A stretch of DNA of 64,000 bases, taken from Candidatus Methanomethylicia archaeon. Its GTDB lineage: Archaea; Thermoproteota; Methanomethylicia; CALHIW01. Each line of letters begins with the position of its first letter. The first letter of the stretch is position 1. The notes under the pieces were generated by a model. It saw only the letters and a program-made list of their open reading frames with translations, did no database searches and was not told the origin of the DNA. Of this stretch, positions 8,651 through 19,136 are shown piece by piece. The stretch spans positions 64,001 to 128,000 of the forward strand of contig JAWBQF010000002.1 in assembly GCA_038845975.1 (NCBI GenBank). Reading direction: 5' to 3'. Made by a program: the position numbers and the translations under genes.

Positions 8651-10057
8651 TTAGAAAAATATTCCAGGATTTAAGATGCCCCTCGGATCCAAAATATTCT
8701 TAATTTTCTTTAAGATTTCATAGCCGTATCCTAACTCCATAGGTATCATGTCCTTAGCATCTATTTTTACACCCATAGAGTGAGATATTGAGCCTCCAAG
8801 CTCTAAACCTACTTTAAGCATTTCTCTTATAGCTTTAATATAAATAGGATACTTCTCCCTATTTTCCTCATCAACCCTATAGAAGAAGTCAATATACATT
8901 GGATCAAGCTTTAATATAAGAGCACCAAGAGGCTCAACATCATATGTTTTAAGGATACTGTAGAGTTTATCTAATGCCTTCTTTACGTTTATTAATGGTA
9001 TAGCTATATCTATACATCCCCAGCCACCCTTACCTGTTGCTGCTAGAGCTGAGTAAAAATCTGAAGTATAGCCTGAAATATATTGAACAACTTCACCACT
9101 ACATATTTCCCCACCGAGACTTAGACATATCTTTAAAACCTCATTTCTAAGTAAGCTGTAGATTTCACTATTGTATCCTATGATATCTACTAATACAAGT
9201 ATGTTTGATAATGGTATTTTAGATCCGTAAACCATTCTCCTATGTTGATTAACTGCAACTTCATCCCAGACTGTAAAACAAGCTATAGGTAGATTTTTCT
9301 TCTTTATTTCATTAGCTAATTTAAGTGCATCATCAATACTGTTAAAAGCTATTAGAATACTATCCTTAACATTAGGCTTAGGATATATTCTTAATGTTGC
9401 CTCTGTTATTATTCCAAGTGTTCCACATGTACCTATAAATAGCCACTTCAAGTTAAAGCTTGAAGATGACTTCCTAATCTTACCTGAAGTTCCTCCACCA
9501 ACATTAAGAATATTTCCAGTAGGTAAAACTACTTTAAGACTTGAAATACGGTCACCAATAGATCCGTAAACCATTTGCAATCCATCAACTCCACAGTAGG
9601 CTATAGAGCCACCAATTGTAGCAGCATATCTACTTGCTGGAAAATGTGGAGGTATATAGCCCTTCCTTTCAAGTTCATATGCTAGTCTAGCACATGTTAT
9701 TCCGGCTTCACATGTTACATACATATTCTCCTCATCAATTTCAATAATTCTATCCATTTTCCTCAAGTCAATAACTATACCGCCATATCTTGGAATTGCG
9801 CAACCACTTATCCCTGTAAGCCCACCTACAGGTGTTATTGGAATTAACTTCTCATTAGCTAGCTTAACAATCTCACTAATCTGAGCAGTATTTTCAGGAT
9901 AGACAATTAATTCAGGAGGCTTAAACCTAGGATATGGCTTATAGAAGTCTTTAACATAACATAATAAATGAAAACTCTCCCTTAAAACATTTTCTTCACC
10001 TACAATTCCAGCAATTCTCCTAATAGCCTCCTCATCTACACGATTATAATACTCCAC
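8651..10057 (-). CDS. FAD-binding oxidoreductase (GlcD / D-lactate dehydrogenase / VAO-PCMH family)
   Basis: GGIVIDLRKMDRI, ATIGG, FIGTCGTLGIIT and C-terminal KNILDPRGILNPG. Confidence 0.9.
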   Translation of the reverse strand: MEYYNRVDEEAIRRIAGIVGEENVLRESFHLLCYVKDFYKPYPRFKPPELIVYPENTAQISEIVKLANEKLIPITPVGGLTGISGCAIPRYGGIVIDLRKMDRIIEIDEENMYVTCEAGITCARLAYELERKGYIPPHFPASRYAATIGGSIAYCGVDGLQMVYGSIGDRISSLKVVLPTGNILNVGGGTSGKIRKSSSSFNLKWLFIGTCGTLGIITEATLRIYPKPNVKDSILIAFNSIDDALKLANEIKKKNLPIACFTVWDEVAVNQHRRMVYGSKIPLSNILVLVDIIGYNSEIYSLLRNEVLKICLSLGGEICSGEVVQYISGYTSDFYSALAATGKGGWGCIDIAIPLINVKKALDKLYSILKTYDVEPLGALILKLDPMYIDFFYRVDEENREKYPIYIKAIREMLKVGLELGGSISHSMGVKIDAKDMIPMELGYGYEILKKIKNILDPRGILNPGIFF

Positions 10058-10079
10058 TAAACCCCCTAAACATTTATTG

Positions 10080-11138
10080 TTACTTATATTCAGTAAAGTA
10101 TGGAATTACCTTTTCCGAAATTAGCTTTATAGATTCCTCTATTGATAGTCCTCCCTTAATAGTCATTATTCTAAACCCTATACATTTAGCTCCTACCTTA
10201 CGGTATTTTTCAACCCTCTCAATAAATTCATCTATACCTCCAACTAAAATTGTTTTCTCAACTATCTCTTCAGGTATAGAAGAAGCTGCTTTAACGAGTT
10301 CATCTCCTGTTTTGAATGGTTTATGTGCTAGTAGATATGTATAATCCGGAGTTTCTAGTTTATATCCATGTTCTTCAAGTATGCTTTTCTCAACGTATAG
10401 GTAGGCTTTACCTATATTTATAGCTGTTCTCCTTATGTTTGAATCCTCGGTTAAGCATGTATAGATCCATATAACAGTATCTATATTATCAGGATTTCTA
10501 CCATGTCTTAATGCACTTTCCCTAATTACCTCAATATATTTCCCGCATTTTTCAGGTAGAACAATCCATGAAAACCATCCATCAGCTAATTCACCTATAA
10601 GTTCTAATAGCTTCCTAGATTTAATAGCTCCAATATATATTAGTGGATGAGGTTTTCTAACATGTTTCTGATCAATAAATGCCTCGTTTAAACTATAGAA
10701 TTTACCTTTATAGTATGCTAGATTATCCCTACTTGACATCCATAGTAGCTTAACAACTTCAATATATTCTCTCAATCTAGTAATTCTATCTTTAGGTTTT
10801 TCAAATTCAAGACCGAAAGGTATAATATTCATAGCTTCCCCTGCACCTACAGCTAGAATAGCTCTTCCAGCTGATAATTCATCAAGTGTAGCAACTATTT
10901 GAGCTGTTTTAGCTGGAATTATATGATGTATATCTGCTACACCTGGACCTAGTAGAATCCTACTTGTATTTGAAGCTATAGCTCCTAAAGTAGTCCAACA
11001 GTCGATTCTCGCCCCGTTAATATCTGTAAGATGATCAGGTATGAAGACAGCATGGAAGCCATACTTTTCAGCTAGAATACCGCACTTAACAGCTCGATCA
11101 GCAGGATACATATCGCCAAGTATTACTGCAAACCTCAT
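10080..11138 (-). CDS. LLM-class (luciferase-like) flavin/F420-dependent oxidoreductase
   Basis: AEKYGFHAVFIPDH, ATLDELSAGRAILAVGAGE, IYIGA and GELADGW motifs. Confidence 0.88.
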   Translation of the reverse strand: MRFAVILGDMYPADRAVKCGILAEKYGFHAVFIPDHLTDINGARIDCWTTLGAIASNTSRILLGPGVADIHHIIPAKTAQIVATLDELSAGRAILAVGAGEAMNIIPFGLEFEKPKDRITRLREYIEVVKLLWMSSRDNLAYYKGKFYSLNEAFIDQKHVRKPHPLIYIGAIKSRKLLELIGELADGWFSWIVLPEKCGKYIEVIRESALRHGRNPDNIDTVIWIYTCLTEDSNIRRTAINIGKAYLYVEKSILEEHGYKLETPDYTYLLAHKPFKTGDELVKAASSIPEEIVEKTILVGGIDEFIERVEKYRKVGAKCIGFRIMTIKGGLSIEESIKLISEKVIPYFTEYK

Positions 11139-11858
11139 TTAACCACCAGTTAATAGGAGTTTACCGTAGCCTTTTATGTTAACTCCTCTAACTCCACATA
11201 GTCTTAAAATATTCCAGAATGTTGCTGAATTACTTGAGATTACTGGTTTCTTGTATGTTTCCTCAAATTCATCGATTAAACCCATAGTTTTTAAACCGGT
11301 ACAGCTAATAAATATTCCTTGAGCTTCTGGTGTATTTGCTTTCTCAATAAGTTGCTTAATTTCACTACTTTCTACAGCACACATAGCTTCACTACTTGTT
11401 AGTGATAGATAGGAATCCTTAACAACTTTTACTCCGAACTGTAGTAAATACTCAGATTCTTTTTCATTCAATTCCTTAGTATATGGAGTTACAAGAGATA
11501 TCTTATTTAAATTTAAGTATTTTAAGGTTTCTACAACTGACTTCATAGTACTTATAGTAGTAACATTAAGTTTACTTCTTATTCTCTCAAGTATTTCCTC
11601 CTCCCATTTAGGACCTAGTATAAATGTACCGCTAGTACAGTGGTAGACAACTAGATTAACTTTAGGAGGAATTCTACCAAGAACAAAATCCACTTCCTCA
11701 GACATTTTCATTAAATCCTCTTTACTAACCGATTTTAGAAATATTCTTGTAGTATAGAATGCAACCTCATATGGTGCTAGCTTATTAAATTCATACTCTG
11801 TAGTGTAGTCTTCATGTGGAACTATAAGACCTATTCTACCCCTAATACCGTAAAGCAC
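11139..11858 (-). CDS. Asp/Glu racemase superfamily protein (maleate cis-trans isomerase / AMDase-like)
   Basis: RIGLIVP, YHCTSG, TPY, FISCTGL and PVISSN; both catalytic Cys present. Confidence 0.87.
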   Translation of the reverse strand: MLYGIRGRIGLIVPHEDYTTEYEFNKLAPYEVAFYTTRIFLKSVSKEDLMKMSEEVDFVLGRIPPKVNLVVYHCTSGTFILGPKWEEEILERIRSKLNVTTISTMKSVVETLKYLNLNKISLVTPYTKELNEKESEYLLQFGVKVVKDSYLSLTSSEAMCAVESSEIKQLIEKANTPEAQGIFISCTGLKTMGLIDEFEETYKKPVISSNSATFWNILRLCGVRGVNIKGYGKLLLTGG

Positions 11859-13168
11859 TATTTCCCTACCTCTCTAACAAATTTCTCAGTTAAAGCTAGG
11901 AAGTAGTTTATATCTTCTTCACTATGTGCTATTGAAAATATGAAGTGAGCTGTAGCTGGTGATGAATATGCAATCCTATTATTTAACATAAAGTCGAAAA
12001 GTCTTCTAGTAAGTTCTCTATTTTTAGTTCTTTCAGCTGTTAACCCATTTATTGGTTTCTCTCTTGTGAAATGTATAGCAAATAATGATCCTACACCAGT
12101 AGTATATGCTTCAAAATTGTTTCTAGCAAATATATCGTTTAAACCATTAATAACCTTTTCTCCAAGTCTATCTAGATATGGATAGAACTGATCAGCTTTA
12201 CTTTCAAGTTCTGTTATTAATGTGTAGCCAGCCCTCATCGTTAATGCGTTTCCAACATATGTTCCACCATGAAATGATCTCTCCCAAAAGTTAGGTATCT
12301 TGATTTGGTCAAGTTTCTCCATGATTTCAGCTCTACCACATATTGCACCTGCACCTGGAAAGTATTGACCTCCTACAGCTTTACCTGTTGTAATTAGGTC
12401 AGGTTTAACATTATAGTAGTGCTGTCCACCTTTATAGAATCTAAACCCAGTTATAACTTCATCAAGTATTAGTAATATGTTTTTCTCACTACATAACTCT
12501 CTAAGACCTCTTAGAAACTCTCTATCAGCAGGTATGAAGCCTGCAGCACCCATTACAGGCTCTATAATAATGCATGCTAAATCCTTATCCTTAATTCTCT
12601 CACGTACACCATCTAAATCATTATATGGAAGTAGAACAATATCTCTAGTTAGGGATTCCGTTAATCCTGATGATGATGGTTTATCATATGGATAACCAAC
12701 TCCCTTATGTAGACCATCGTATCCACCATGCCATCCACCTTCAAACTTACCTACCATCACCCTTCCAGTATATGTTCTTGCAAGTCTTACTGCATACATG
12801 TTTGACTCAGTACCACTATTAGAGGGTCTAGCCATATCCATATCAAACCATCTACATACAGCTTCAGCCCACTTAATCTCCCATTCATTACACCATCCGA
12901 AGTGGACTCCATACTCTAACTGCTCCCTTACAGCTTTAATTATAGGTTCATAGTTATGACCTGTTACTATTGCCCCATGACCCATCCAGAAATCAATATA
13001 TTCATTACCATCAACATCCCAAATCCTACTACCCTTAGCCTTAACAACATAGAATGGATATGGGCTGAAATATCTTAAGCCGTAAGAAACACCGCCAGGT
13101 AGATACTTCCTCGCCTTCTCGAATAAATTTCTAGATTTAGATGTAGAATCTATATACATATTTAACAC
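11858..13168 (-). CDS. Class III PLP aminotransferase (glutamate-1-semialdehyde aminomutase-like)
   Basis: LPGGVS, DVDGNEYID, NSGTE, GGWHG, DEVITGFR, TGK (PLP Lys) and HGGTY. Confidence 0.88.
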   Translation of the reverse strand: MLNMYIDSTSKSRNLFEKARKYLPGGVSYGLRYFSPYPFYVVKAKGSRIWDVDGNEYIDFWMGHGAIVTGHNYEPIIKAVREQLEYGVHFGWCNEWEIKWAEAVCRWFDMDMARPSNSGTESNMYAVRLARTYTGRVMVGKFEGGWHGGYDGLHKGVGYPYDKPSSSGLTESLTRDIVLLPYNDLDGVRERIKDKDLACIIIEPVMGAAGFIPADREFLRGLRELCSEKNILLILDEVITGFRFYKGGQHYYNVKPDLITTGKAVGGQYFPGAGAICGRAEIMEKLDQIKIPNFWERSFHGGTYVGNALTMRAGYTLITELESKADQFYPYLDRLGEKVINGLNDIFARNNFEAYTTGVGSLFAIHFTREKPINGLTAERTKNRELTRRLFDFMLNNRIAYSSPATAHFIFSIAHSEEDINYFLALTEKFVREVGK

Positions 13169-14184
13169 CTAAATACACCTAGATATGATGACGGAATAGC
13201 TATATCCTTCATTGTTAATAAGCCTGGTGGGGCTTTTAAAACTCTTGGAATAACATTGATAATCATTGCTGCAGTAGCTATATCACCAGCTGTTCCATAC
13301 TCATTCCTCCATTTAAGAGGGGGCTCACCATTTATTACAACTTCATCGTAATCTGTACGTCCAACAGCTGCTAGAAGCTCAAGTTTTATAAACTCTTTAT
13401 TATTTACGTATCCTGTACCGTAACCTCTTATACCACATACCTGTCCAGGCTGAATCTTGAAGTATTGGGTTTCCATGTATTTATCAGCTACTATAGGTTC
13501 CTGACCTTCAATAATCTTATCTATTTTTAAATCGAGCATACATGAAATAAGCATTATCGACTCTGCATATCCTACATGAGCTGTTATTTCTCCTCTAGAT
13601 ATTTTCTCCTGGAATTCCTGTACTGTCATGCTTAAACCATATTTCTTCTGGAATGAATACCTCCTCTTAGAAGCATCAATAGACCTAACAATATGTATTC
13701 CCTCTACATCAATACATACTGAACTTAAAAATGCCGGTAATGTATCGAATATAAATCCTGGATTAACACCAGTACCAAGAATTCTAACACAGTATTTCTT
13801 AGCCATTTCATCTATTAGGGTAGCGAGTTCAGGATATCTATACCATGGATAGGCTAAAGTTTCAGATGTAGATATAACATTTACCCCAGCTCTAATACAT
13901 TTAACTATTTGAGGATATATTTTATCGAGATATGTAGCTGTTGAATGAAGAACTACGTGTGGCTTAGTCTTTAATAGGAGATTTAAAGAATCACTATCAT
14001 GAACTACATTTACGCCTAGCTGTTTACCTAAACCTATAACCTCACCTAGATCTCTACCAACCTTGTCAGGAGCTATATCAACTCCACCAACAATTTCAAC
14101 ATTTCTCTTCTTTAAGATACTTCTAGCTATTAAAGCACCAATAGGACCTAAACCATAAACAACAACACGAAAATTTTCCGACAT
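13162..14184 (-). CDS. 2,4-diaminopentanoate dehydrogenase (Ord)-like NAD(P)-dependent amine dehydrogenase (DapB-related)
   Basis: GLGPIG Rossmann motif, KVGRDLG, NVISTSE, GTGVNPGF and GDIATAAMIIN.IP. Confidence 0.85.
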   Translation of the reverse strand: MSENFRVVVYGLGPIGALIARSILKKRNVEIVGGVDIAPDKVGRDLGEVIGLGKQLGVNVVHDSDSLNLLLKTKPHVVLHSTATYLDKIYPQIVKCIRAGVNVISTSETLAYPWYRYPELATLIDEMAKKYCVRILGTGVNPGFIFDTLPAFLSSVCIDVEGIHIVRSIDASKRRYSFQKKYGLSMTVQEFQEKISRGEITAHVGYAESIMLISCMLDLKIDKIIEGQEPIVADKYMETQYFKIQPGQVCGIRGYGTGYVNNKEFIKLELLAAVGRTDYDEVVINGEPPLKWRNEYGTAGDIATAAMIINVIPRVLKAPPGLLTMKDIAIPSSYLGVFRC

Positions 14185-14208
14185 AGCAATTACTAGAGAT
14201 AAATGAGC

Positions 14209-14223
14209 TTAATAAACTTTTCC
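14209..14223 (-). promoter_or_regulatory. BRE-TATA promoter of the five-gene redox operon (probably leaderless)
   Basis: Minus strand reads GGAAAAG-TTTATTAA about 25 nt upstream of the ATG at 14184. Confidence 0.5.
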
Positions 14224-14709
14224 TAAAGATTCATTGTTATTTAAACTTAGATGTAATAAGTACATGTAATTGATGGCTTAAGTTTACGTTATTCTATATG
14301 AATTGAGGAAGTTAAAACTTATTTTTATTGCTCATGGGTAATAGTTTATCTATTTCCTCAATTACTCTTTAGTATAGAGCTATTAGTATATCTATATTAA
14401 AATTGATGAAAACCTTAAACATAATGTAAGCAATATCCATTATCAATAAGTCAGTAATAGTGTTTACTGAAGAATATACTAAATATTTTATGTATGGTTA
14501 AAATATATGCTTATTCTTAAACTAAGGTATTATTGAATTACTTTAATGATTTATGTAAACTTTACTCCATGAATTGACTGTAGAGTTTAATAAGCCATAC
14601 TGCTTTACCAAGTAATGTAGGTTAAGTCACAAAATTAACTATGTAGGTTTCAATAAAATGGATTTAATATGTTAAGCTACATATCTGAAACATAATGGTT
14701 AGCTTGCAG

Positions 14710-15738
14710 TTAACCACTTCTTAATAACTTTTCCAGTAGGATTTTATAGGCTGGTATTTGCCATGCCCAATACTTACCTATACCAAGCTCTAAATCTGGA
14801 GGAATTTCCTTATCTGCTATGCTTTTATTAGGCTTATAAATGATGAGGTTATGTTTAATCAATATGTTTCTAAGTTCAAGTGTTTGAGGTGTAACTCTAA
14901 GTGAGAATACGTCAGAATCCTCAATAGCATCTTTAAGAGAATCTTTAAGCCCCCTACCTATAATCTCTTCAACAGCTCTCCTTACAGTATGATATTCCAA
15001 AGTATTAAGCCAGTCCTCTATGCACCATCTATAAGTAGTAGCTAACTCAATAAGTCTCCCTGGATTACCTCCGAAAAGCCTCCATAAATAGTCCGGACTT
15101 ACTGATTCCGGTGGATTTAAATATTGAACTAGCTTCTCAAAATCTCCTATTGGAAGATTCCATATGAATCTTATATAACTATGTCTATGCCTAGAAACTA
15201 AGTCTAAGCTTTCGCCTTCAGAAGTTGTTACTATAAAGAGTAATGAGTTTAACTTATACTCCTCCATTATCTTCCATTGTAATTCGTAAAGCCACTTAAC
15301 ATAACGTTCCACATCGTCTAATCCAATAGCTTTAACCACATCATCCACAGCTATAAATACACTATATCCTTCAAGTTTCCTCCTATATATTTTATTGAAG
15401 ATTCTACTTATGAATAGAGATATAGATTTAGCTAAGGCAGAGCCTAAAGGTATTTGAAGCTCCTTAACTACCTCGTAAGCTACCTCAAGAATATCGGATG
15501 AAAATCTAGGAGTAAGAATAGCTTTCCCTATTTCCCTTCCTTCTAAAGCATCAATATATACTGATACTGCCTTTCCATCAGCAAGCCTACCTAATCTATT
15601 AGTAAACTCTTTAAGAAGTCTAGTTTTACCGCAGCCTTCAGGACCATAAATGTATAGTGGAGTAGCAGGTGTATGCTCAACAAAGCTTTTTAACACTCTA
15701 AATTCATCAATTCTATCCATAAAGGGAATTTCAATCAT
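14710..15738 (-). CDS. Archaeal P-loop ATPase (ATPase_2 / AAA family)
   Basis: FMDR..E, Walker A GPEGCGKT, Walker B IAVDD, GGNP and AWQIPAY. Confidence 0.88.
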   Translation of the reverse strand: MIEIPFMDRIDEFRVLKSFVEHTPATPLYIYGPEGCGKTRLLKEFTNRLGRLADGKAVSVYIDALEGREIGKAILTPRFSSDILEVAYEVVKELQIPLGSALAKSISLFISRIFNKIYRRKLEGYSVFIAVDDVVKAIGLDDVERYVKWLYELQWKIMEEYKLNSLLFIVTTSEGESLDLVSRHRHSYIRFIWNLPIGDFEKLVQYLNPPESVSPDYLWRLFGGNPGRLIELATTYRWCIEDWLNTLEYHTVRRAVEEIIGRGLKDSLKDAIEDSDVFSLRVTPQTLELRNILIKHNLIIYKPNKSIADKEIPPDLELGIGKYWAWQIPAYKILLEKLLRSG

Positions 15739-16239
15739 AATTTTAACTAGTATAAAAGGTAATAAGTTTTACCAACTTACTTATCCTTAACATTACATAT
15801 CAAGCTAGTAGAATTGTGAGTAGCGTGATGAATTTAGGATTTATATTATTAGGAATAATATAAAGGTTTACGTAATCATAAATGAAGTCTTACACAATAG
15901 TCATAAGTTCTACAATACATATAATTCAACCATTGATTAATTAACAATTCTGAAACTTACTCAAAATACTCAGAATCTTCTATTCTAGATCCCTCAAAGC
16001 CCAAGAGGCCATAAATAATCAATACATGCAGTAAATATAGAGTAGAATAGAGGGTTAAATTCATGCATATAATACATTATAACTGGATAAGCTGTATAAT
16101 CAAAATGAGTTTATTTAGGAAGTTAAAATTGGGTAGAGAAAATATCCTAAATAAGAAGAGATGATAAAATAATGTAAACATCTAAAGCTGGTAAAAATTA
16201 CCTAGTAAGCTTTACATATTATGTGCTATAATGATATAA

Positions 16240-16424
16240 TTAAGAATGGAAGGTAATAGGAGGCGAGGAATGGAGAGAGAGTTTCTCATTAACATTTACA
16301 ATGAACTTAAAAAATTAGAAGGTTTAGAAGCATTTAAAAATCTAAGATAAATGATGTCTGAAAACGATCTAAAAACATTATAGAGTCTAGTAAGAAATTT
16401 AGGGAGGAGTTTAGTTTTGAATGA
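16240..16424 (+). pseudogene. Decayed VapB-type antitoxin (start approximate)
   Basis: Fragments EFLINIYNELKKLEGLEAFKNLR* and IESSKKFREEFSF lie in different frames and overlap the start of the vapC remnant. Confidence 0.5.
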
Positions 16425-16770
16425 GGATATTCAATGCAGAAGCTATTATTTAAATGCTGAGGATGAGTAAGTATGAGTATGGAAGTATATCAATTATAAC
16501 ACTAATTGAAATTTTGAGAGAAATAAAAGCTGGTAAGAGAGATGTAGTAAAAAGATTGTTAGAGAGAAGCTTTAACATTATATAGCTTGATAATGATATT
16601 ATTCGGATATATTGCCAGATTTATCAAGGCCTAAAAGAAAGGGAAGAAATAATTCTGGAGGCAGGTCTACTCATAGCAGCCACGACAACTTTAAAGGTTT
16701 CAGTCTCGTTTCTAACGATCCCCATCTTGAAAGAATCTCAAAGTTCGGGTTAAAACTAGTAAGGGGATAA
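16421..16770 (+). pseudogene. Decayed VapC PIN-domain toxin
   Basis: Manual translation gives SISIITLIEILR..LLERSFNII*LDNDII..YCQIY..LLIAAT, then SNDPHLERISKFGLKL, with an internal stop and frameshifts. Confidence 0.7.
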
Positions 16771-17232
16771 ATGTTAAACTGAAATTTAAAGGGAAAACAA
16801 GATGTGGAAAGTTAAAATTAATATTCAGTATATATGTCTTTAACCAATACTAAGGTAATATATTGAGGTTATGATGGTATGAACATTACATCTACCCTAA
16901 TGCCATCCAAGTACTTACCCTTATAAATACTGATTTAAGCTTAAAATTGATATGATAAAATACTGTTAAGGATAGCTAACTATTTGATGTTAACATACTA
17001 TACTAGGAAATACGGTGAAGAATATTTAGTAATGATCAGCGGTTTCCATGAAACAAGCATGGAGAGAATAAATAGTTATAACTCATAAATGAAGTTTACC
17101 TAGATAGAAGTGATTTGGTTAATAAAGCCACTTATGGAGTCCCGTAATTGTGAGCTACATATCTTTTATATTTTATAAGTTTATAAGCATTTACAGCCAT
17201 AAGATTTATTAATTGGAGCTTATCTAACCTTT

Positions 17233-18168
17233 ATGCCAGAATATAGATATGATTGGAAGGGTGAAAAGTGGGAGAAGGTTAAAGCTAGTAAGTGGCCTAT
17301 TATACTTATCGCTATCCTAATTATCTCTGTAGTGCTCGTAGCCTCCATAGCTAGTATGGTGATAATGATTAGTGCAGGTGAGGTTGTGGTTATTTCAGAC
17401 CCATTAACAAACACATTATCTGCTCCACGTAAGGGTCCAGCATACATTCTAAAAATGCCTTGGCAGGGGGTTATAAGGGATTTTCATACTATCGACTATG
17501 TATCTATGACAGCTGAAAAGGGAGCTGACTATTCGCCAGTTACAGTATTAACAAGAGATGGAGTTACTGTTTCCGTTGAGGTAACGTTTACGTATGAGAT
17601 TGAACCTGATAAATTCGATGTCTTAGCGAGGAATTATCCTAGAGTAGATTATGAAGAGGCAAGACTAGTACCATTAATGATGCAGGTAGTTAGAGACGTT
17701 ATATCTCAATACAGTACTGATGACTGTATTACTAAGCGTTCTGAAATTGCACGCTTAATTGAGCAGAGGTTTAGGGATGCTGTTTCCACAGATTTAACTC
17801 TTATCGCAATTAAGCTTCACGACGTTAATCTACGTGGAGTAACATTACCAAGCACTGTAGCTCAAGCAATAGAGAGAAAAATAGCTGCCCAGCAGGAAAT
17901 GCTTGCAGCTCAATATCAGAGGGAGAGGGAGATAACGTTAGCTAACGCTACAGCAATGAAACAGATAATCCAAGCAACAGCGGAAGCTGAAACATACAGA
18001 ATTAAGATCTCAGCATTATCATTGATACTTAGAGAACTTGTAAATGCAACAGGCGATTCCGAGCTTGCTAGACTATATATAATGATGGAATACTTAACTA
18101 GGCTCCAAAACGCAACACTCATAATTTCACCATCCTCCCCGATACCAACAATACCAATAATTAGATAG
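17233..18168 (+). CDS. SPFH / prohibitin (band 7) membrane protein
   Basis: N-terminal TM, VLTRDG.TV.V, VRDVISQY, and the AIERKIAAQQE coiled coil. Confidence 0.9.
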   Translation: MPEYRYDWKGEKWEKVKASKWPIILIAILIISVVLVASIASMVIMISAGEVVVISDPLTNTLSAPRKGPAYILKMPWQGVIRDFHTIDYVSMTAEKGADYSPVTVLTRDGVTVSVEVTFTYEIEPDKFDVLARNYPRVDYEEARLVPLMMQVVRDVISQYSTDDCITKRSEIARLIEQRFRDAVSTDLTLIAIKLHDVNLRGVTLPSTVAQAIERKIAAQQEMLAAQYQREREITLANATAMKQIIQATAEAETYRIKISALSLILRELVNATGDSELARLYIMMEYLTRLQNATLIISPSSPIPTIPIIR

Positions 18169-18311
18169 AGAACCTAACCAATTCCAAACCTAAACTACAT
18201 GAAAACACTACAAATAACATTTAGAGGCTTTCCACAGCATTAAGAAATGAAGACTTAAACTATAAGCTTTATCCTAAATAGGTATATAAGGTTGTTACAG
18301 TTTAAGCTCCT

Positions 18312-19136
18312 ATGAATTTGTTAAGAGATAGTATAGACATGCATATACATTCAGCTCCGGATATCTTTAATAGGAAGATAGATGCTTTTGAGCTTGCCAT
18401 AAGAGCTAAAAAAGCCGGAATGAAAGCTATAGTTTTAAAATCCCATCATACCCCTACCACTATGCTTTCATGGGCTCTAAGTAGAATGATAAACGGTATT
18501 GGAATCTATGGTTCAGTAACTCTTAATACCCCATCAACTGGAGGAATTAATCCTGAAGCAGTAAATGTAGCGTTAAAGCTAGGTGCTAGAGTAGTCTGGA
18601 TGCCGACTATATCGGCATCTAACCATTTAGCTCATGAAGGAAAGAAGGGAGGCATAAAAATACTTAGAAACGGTGAGGTTATAGAGGAAGTTAAGGAAAT
18701 CCTAAATATAGTTGCTGAGGAAAATAGGGTAATAGCTACTGGACACTTATCAGTAGAGGAAACAGTAGCACTAGTAGATACTGCTAAAAGTATAGGGGTT
18801 AAAAAGCTAGTAGTAACTCATCCAGAACTACACATTATAAATATGCCACTAGAAATCCAGAAGGAACTAGCAGGAAAGGGAGCATATATAGAGTATTGCT
18901 GCTACCTAACCACAAGGTTAGGAGGATTAGTAGAAGCTAAACTTATAGTGGAACGAATAAAATCTATTGGAGCTGAACATTGCATCTTATCCTCAGATCT
19001 AGGTCAGCCTGAAAACCCATATCCAGATGAAGGATTTGAACAGTTCCTTAAAAAACTAAGGGAAGAAAGTATATCTATGGAAGAGCTGAGAGTAATGACC
19101 GTTACTAACCCTACTAGGCTCCTAGAATTAACCTAA
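18312..19136 (+). CDS. Metal-dependent amidohydrolase-fold protein (DUF6282-like)
   Basis: DMHIHSAPD, LKSHH, VWMPT, ATGH, VTHP, SSDLGQ and NP..LL. Confidence 0.8.
   Translation: MNLLRDSIDMHIHSAPDIFNRKIDAFELAIRAKKAGMKAIVLKSHHTPTTMLSWALSRMINGIGIYGSVTLNTPSTGGINPEAVNVALKLGARVVWMPTISASNHLAHEGKKGGIKILRNGEVIEEVKEILNIVAEENRVIATGHLSVEETVALVDTAKSIGVKKLVVTHPELHIINMPLEIQKELAGKGAYIEYCCYLTTRLGGLVEAKLIVERIKSIGAEHCILSSDLGQPENPYPDEGFEQFLKKLREESISMEELRVMTVTNPTRLLELT

Noticed and set aside
10080-11138. Calling the LLM protein methylene-H4MPT reductase (mer)
   Set aside because: Only generic LLM motifs are seen, Mer-specific signatures were not recognised, and the gene sits in a separate catabolic operon.
11858-13168. 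Calling the aminotransferase hemL
   Set aside because: It is HemL-like, but there are no tetrapyrrole genes nearby and the region after the PLP Lys is atypical (GGQYFPGAG).
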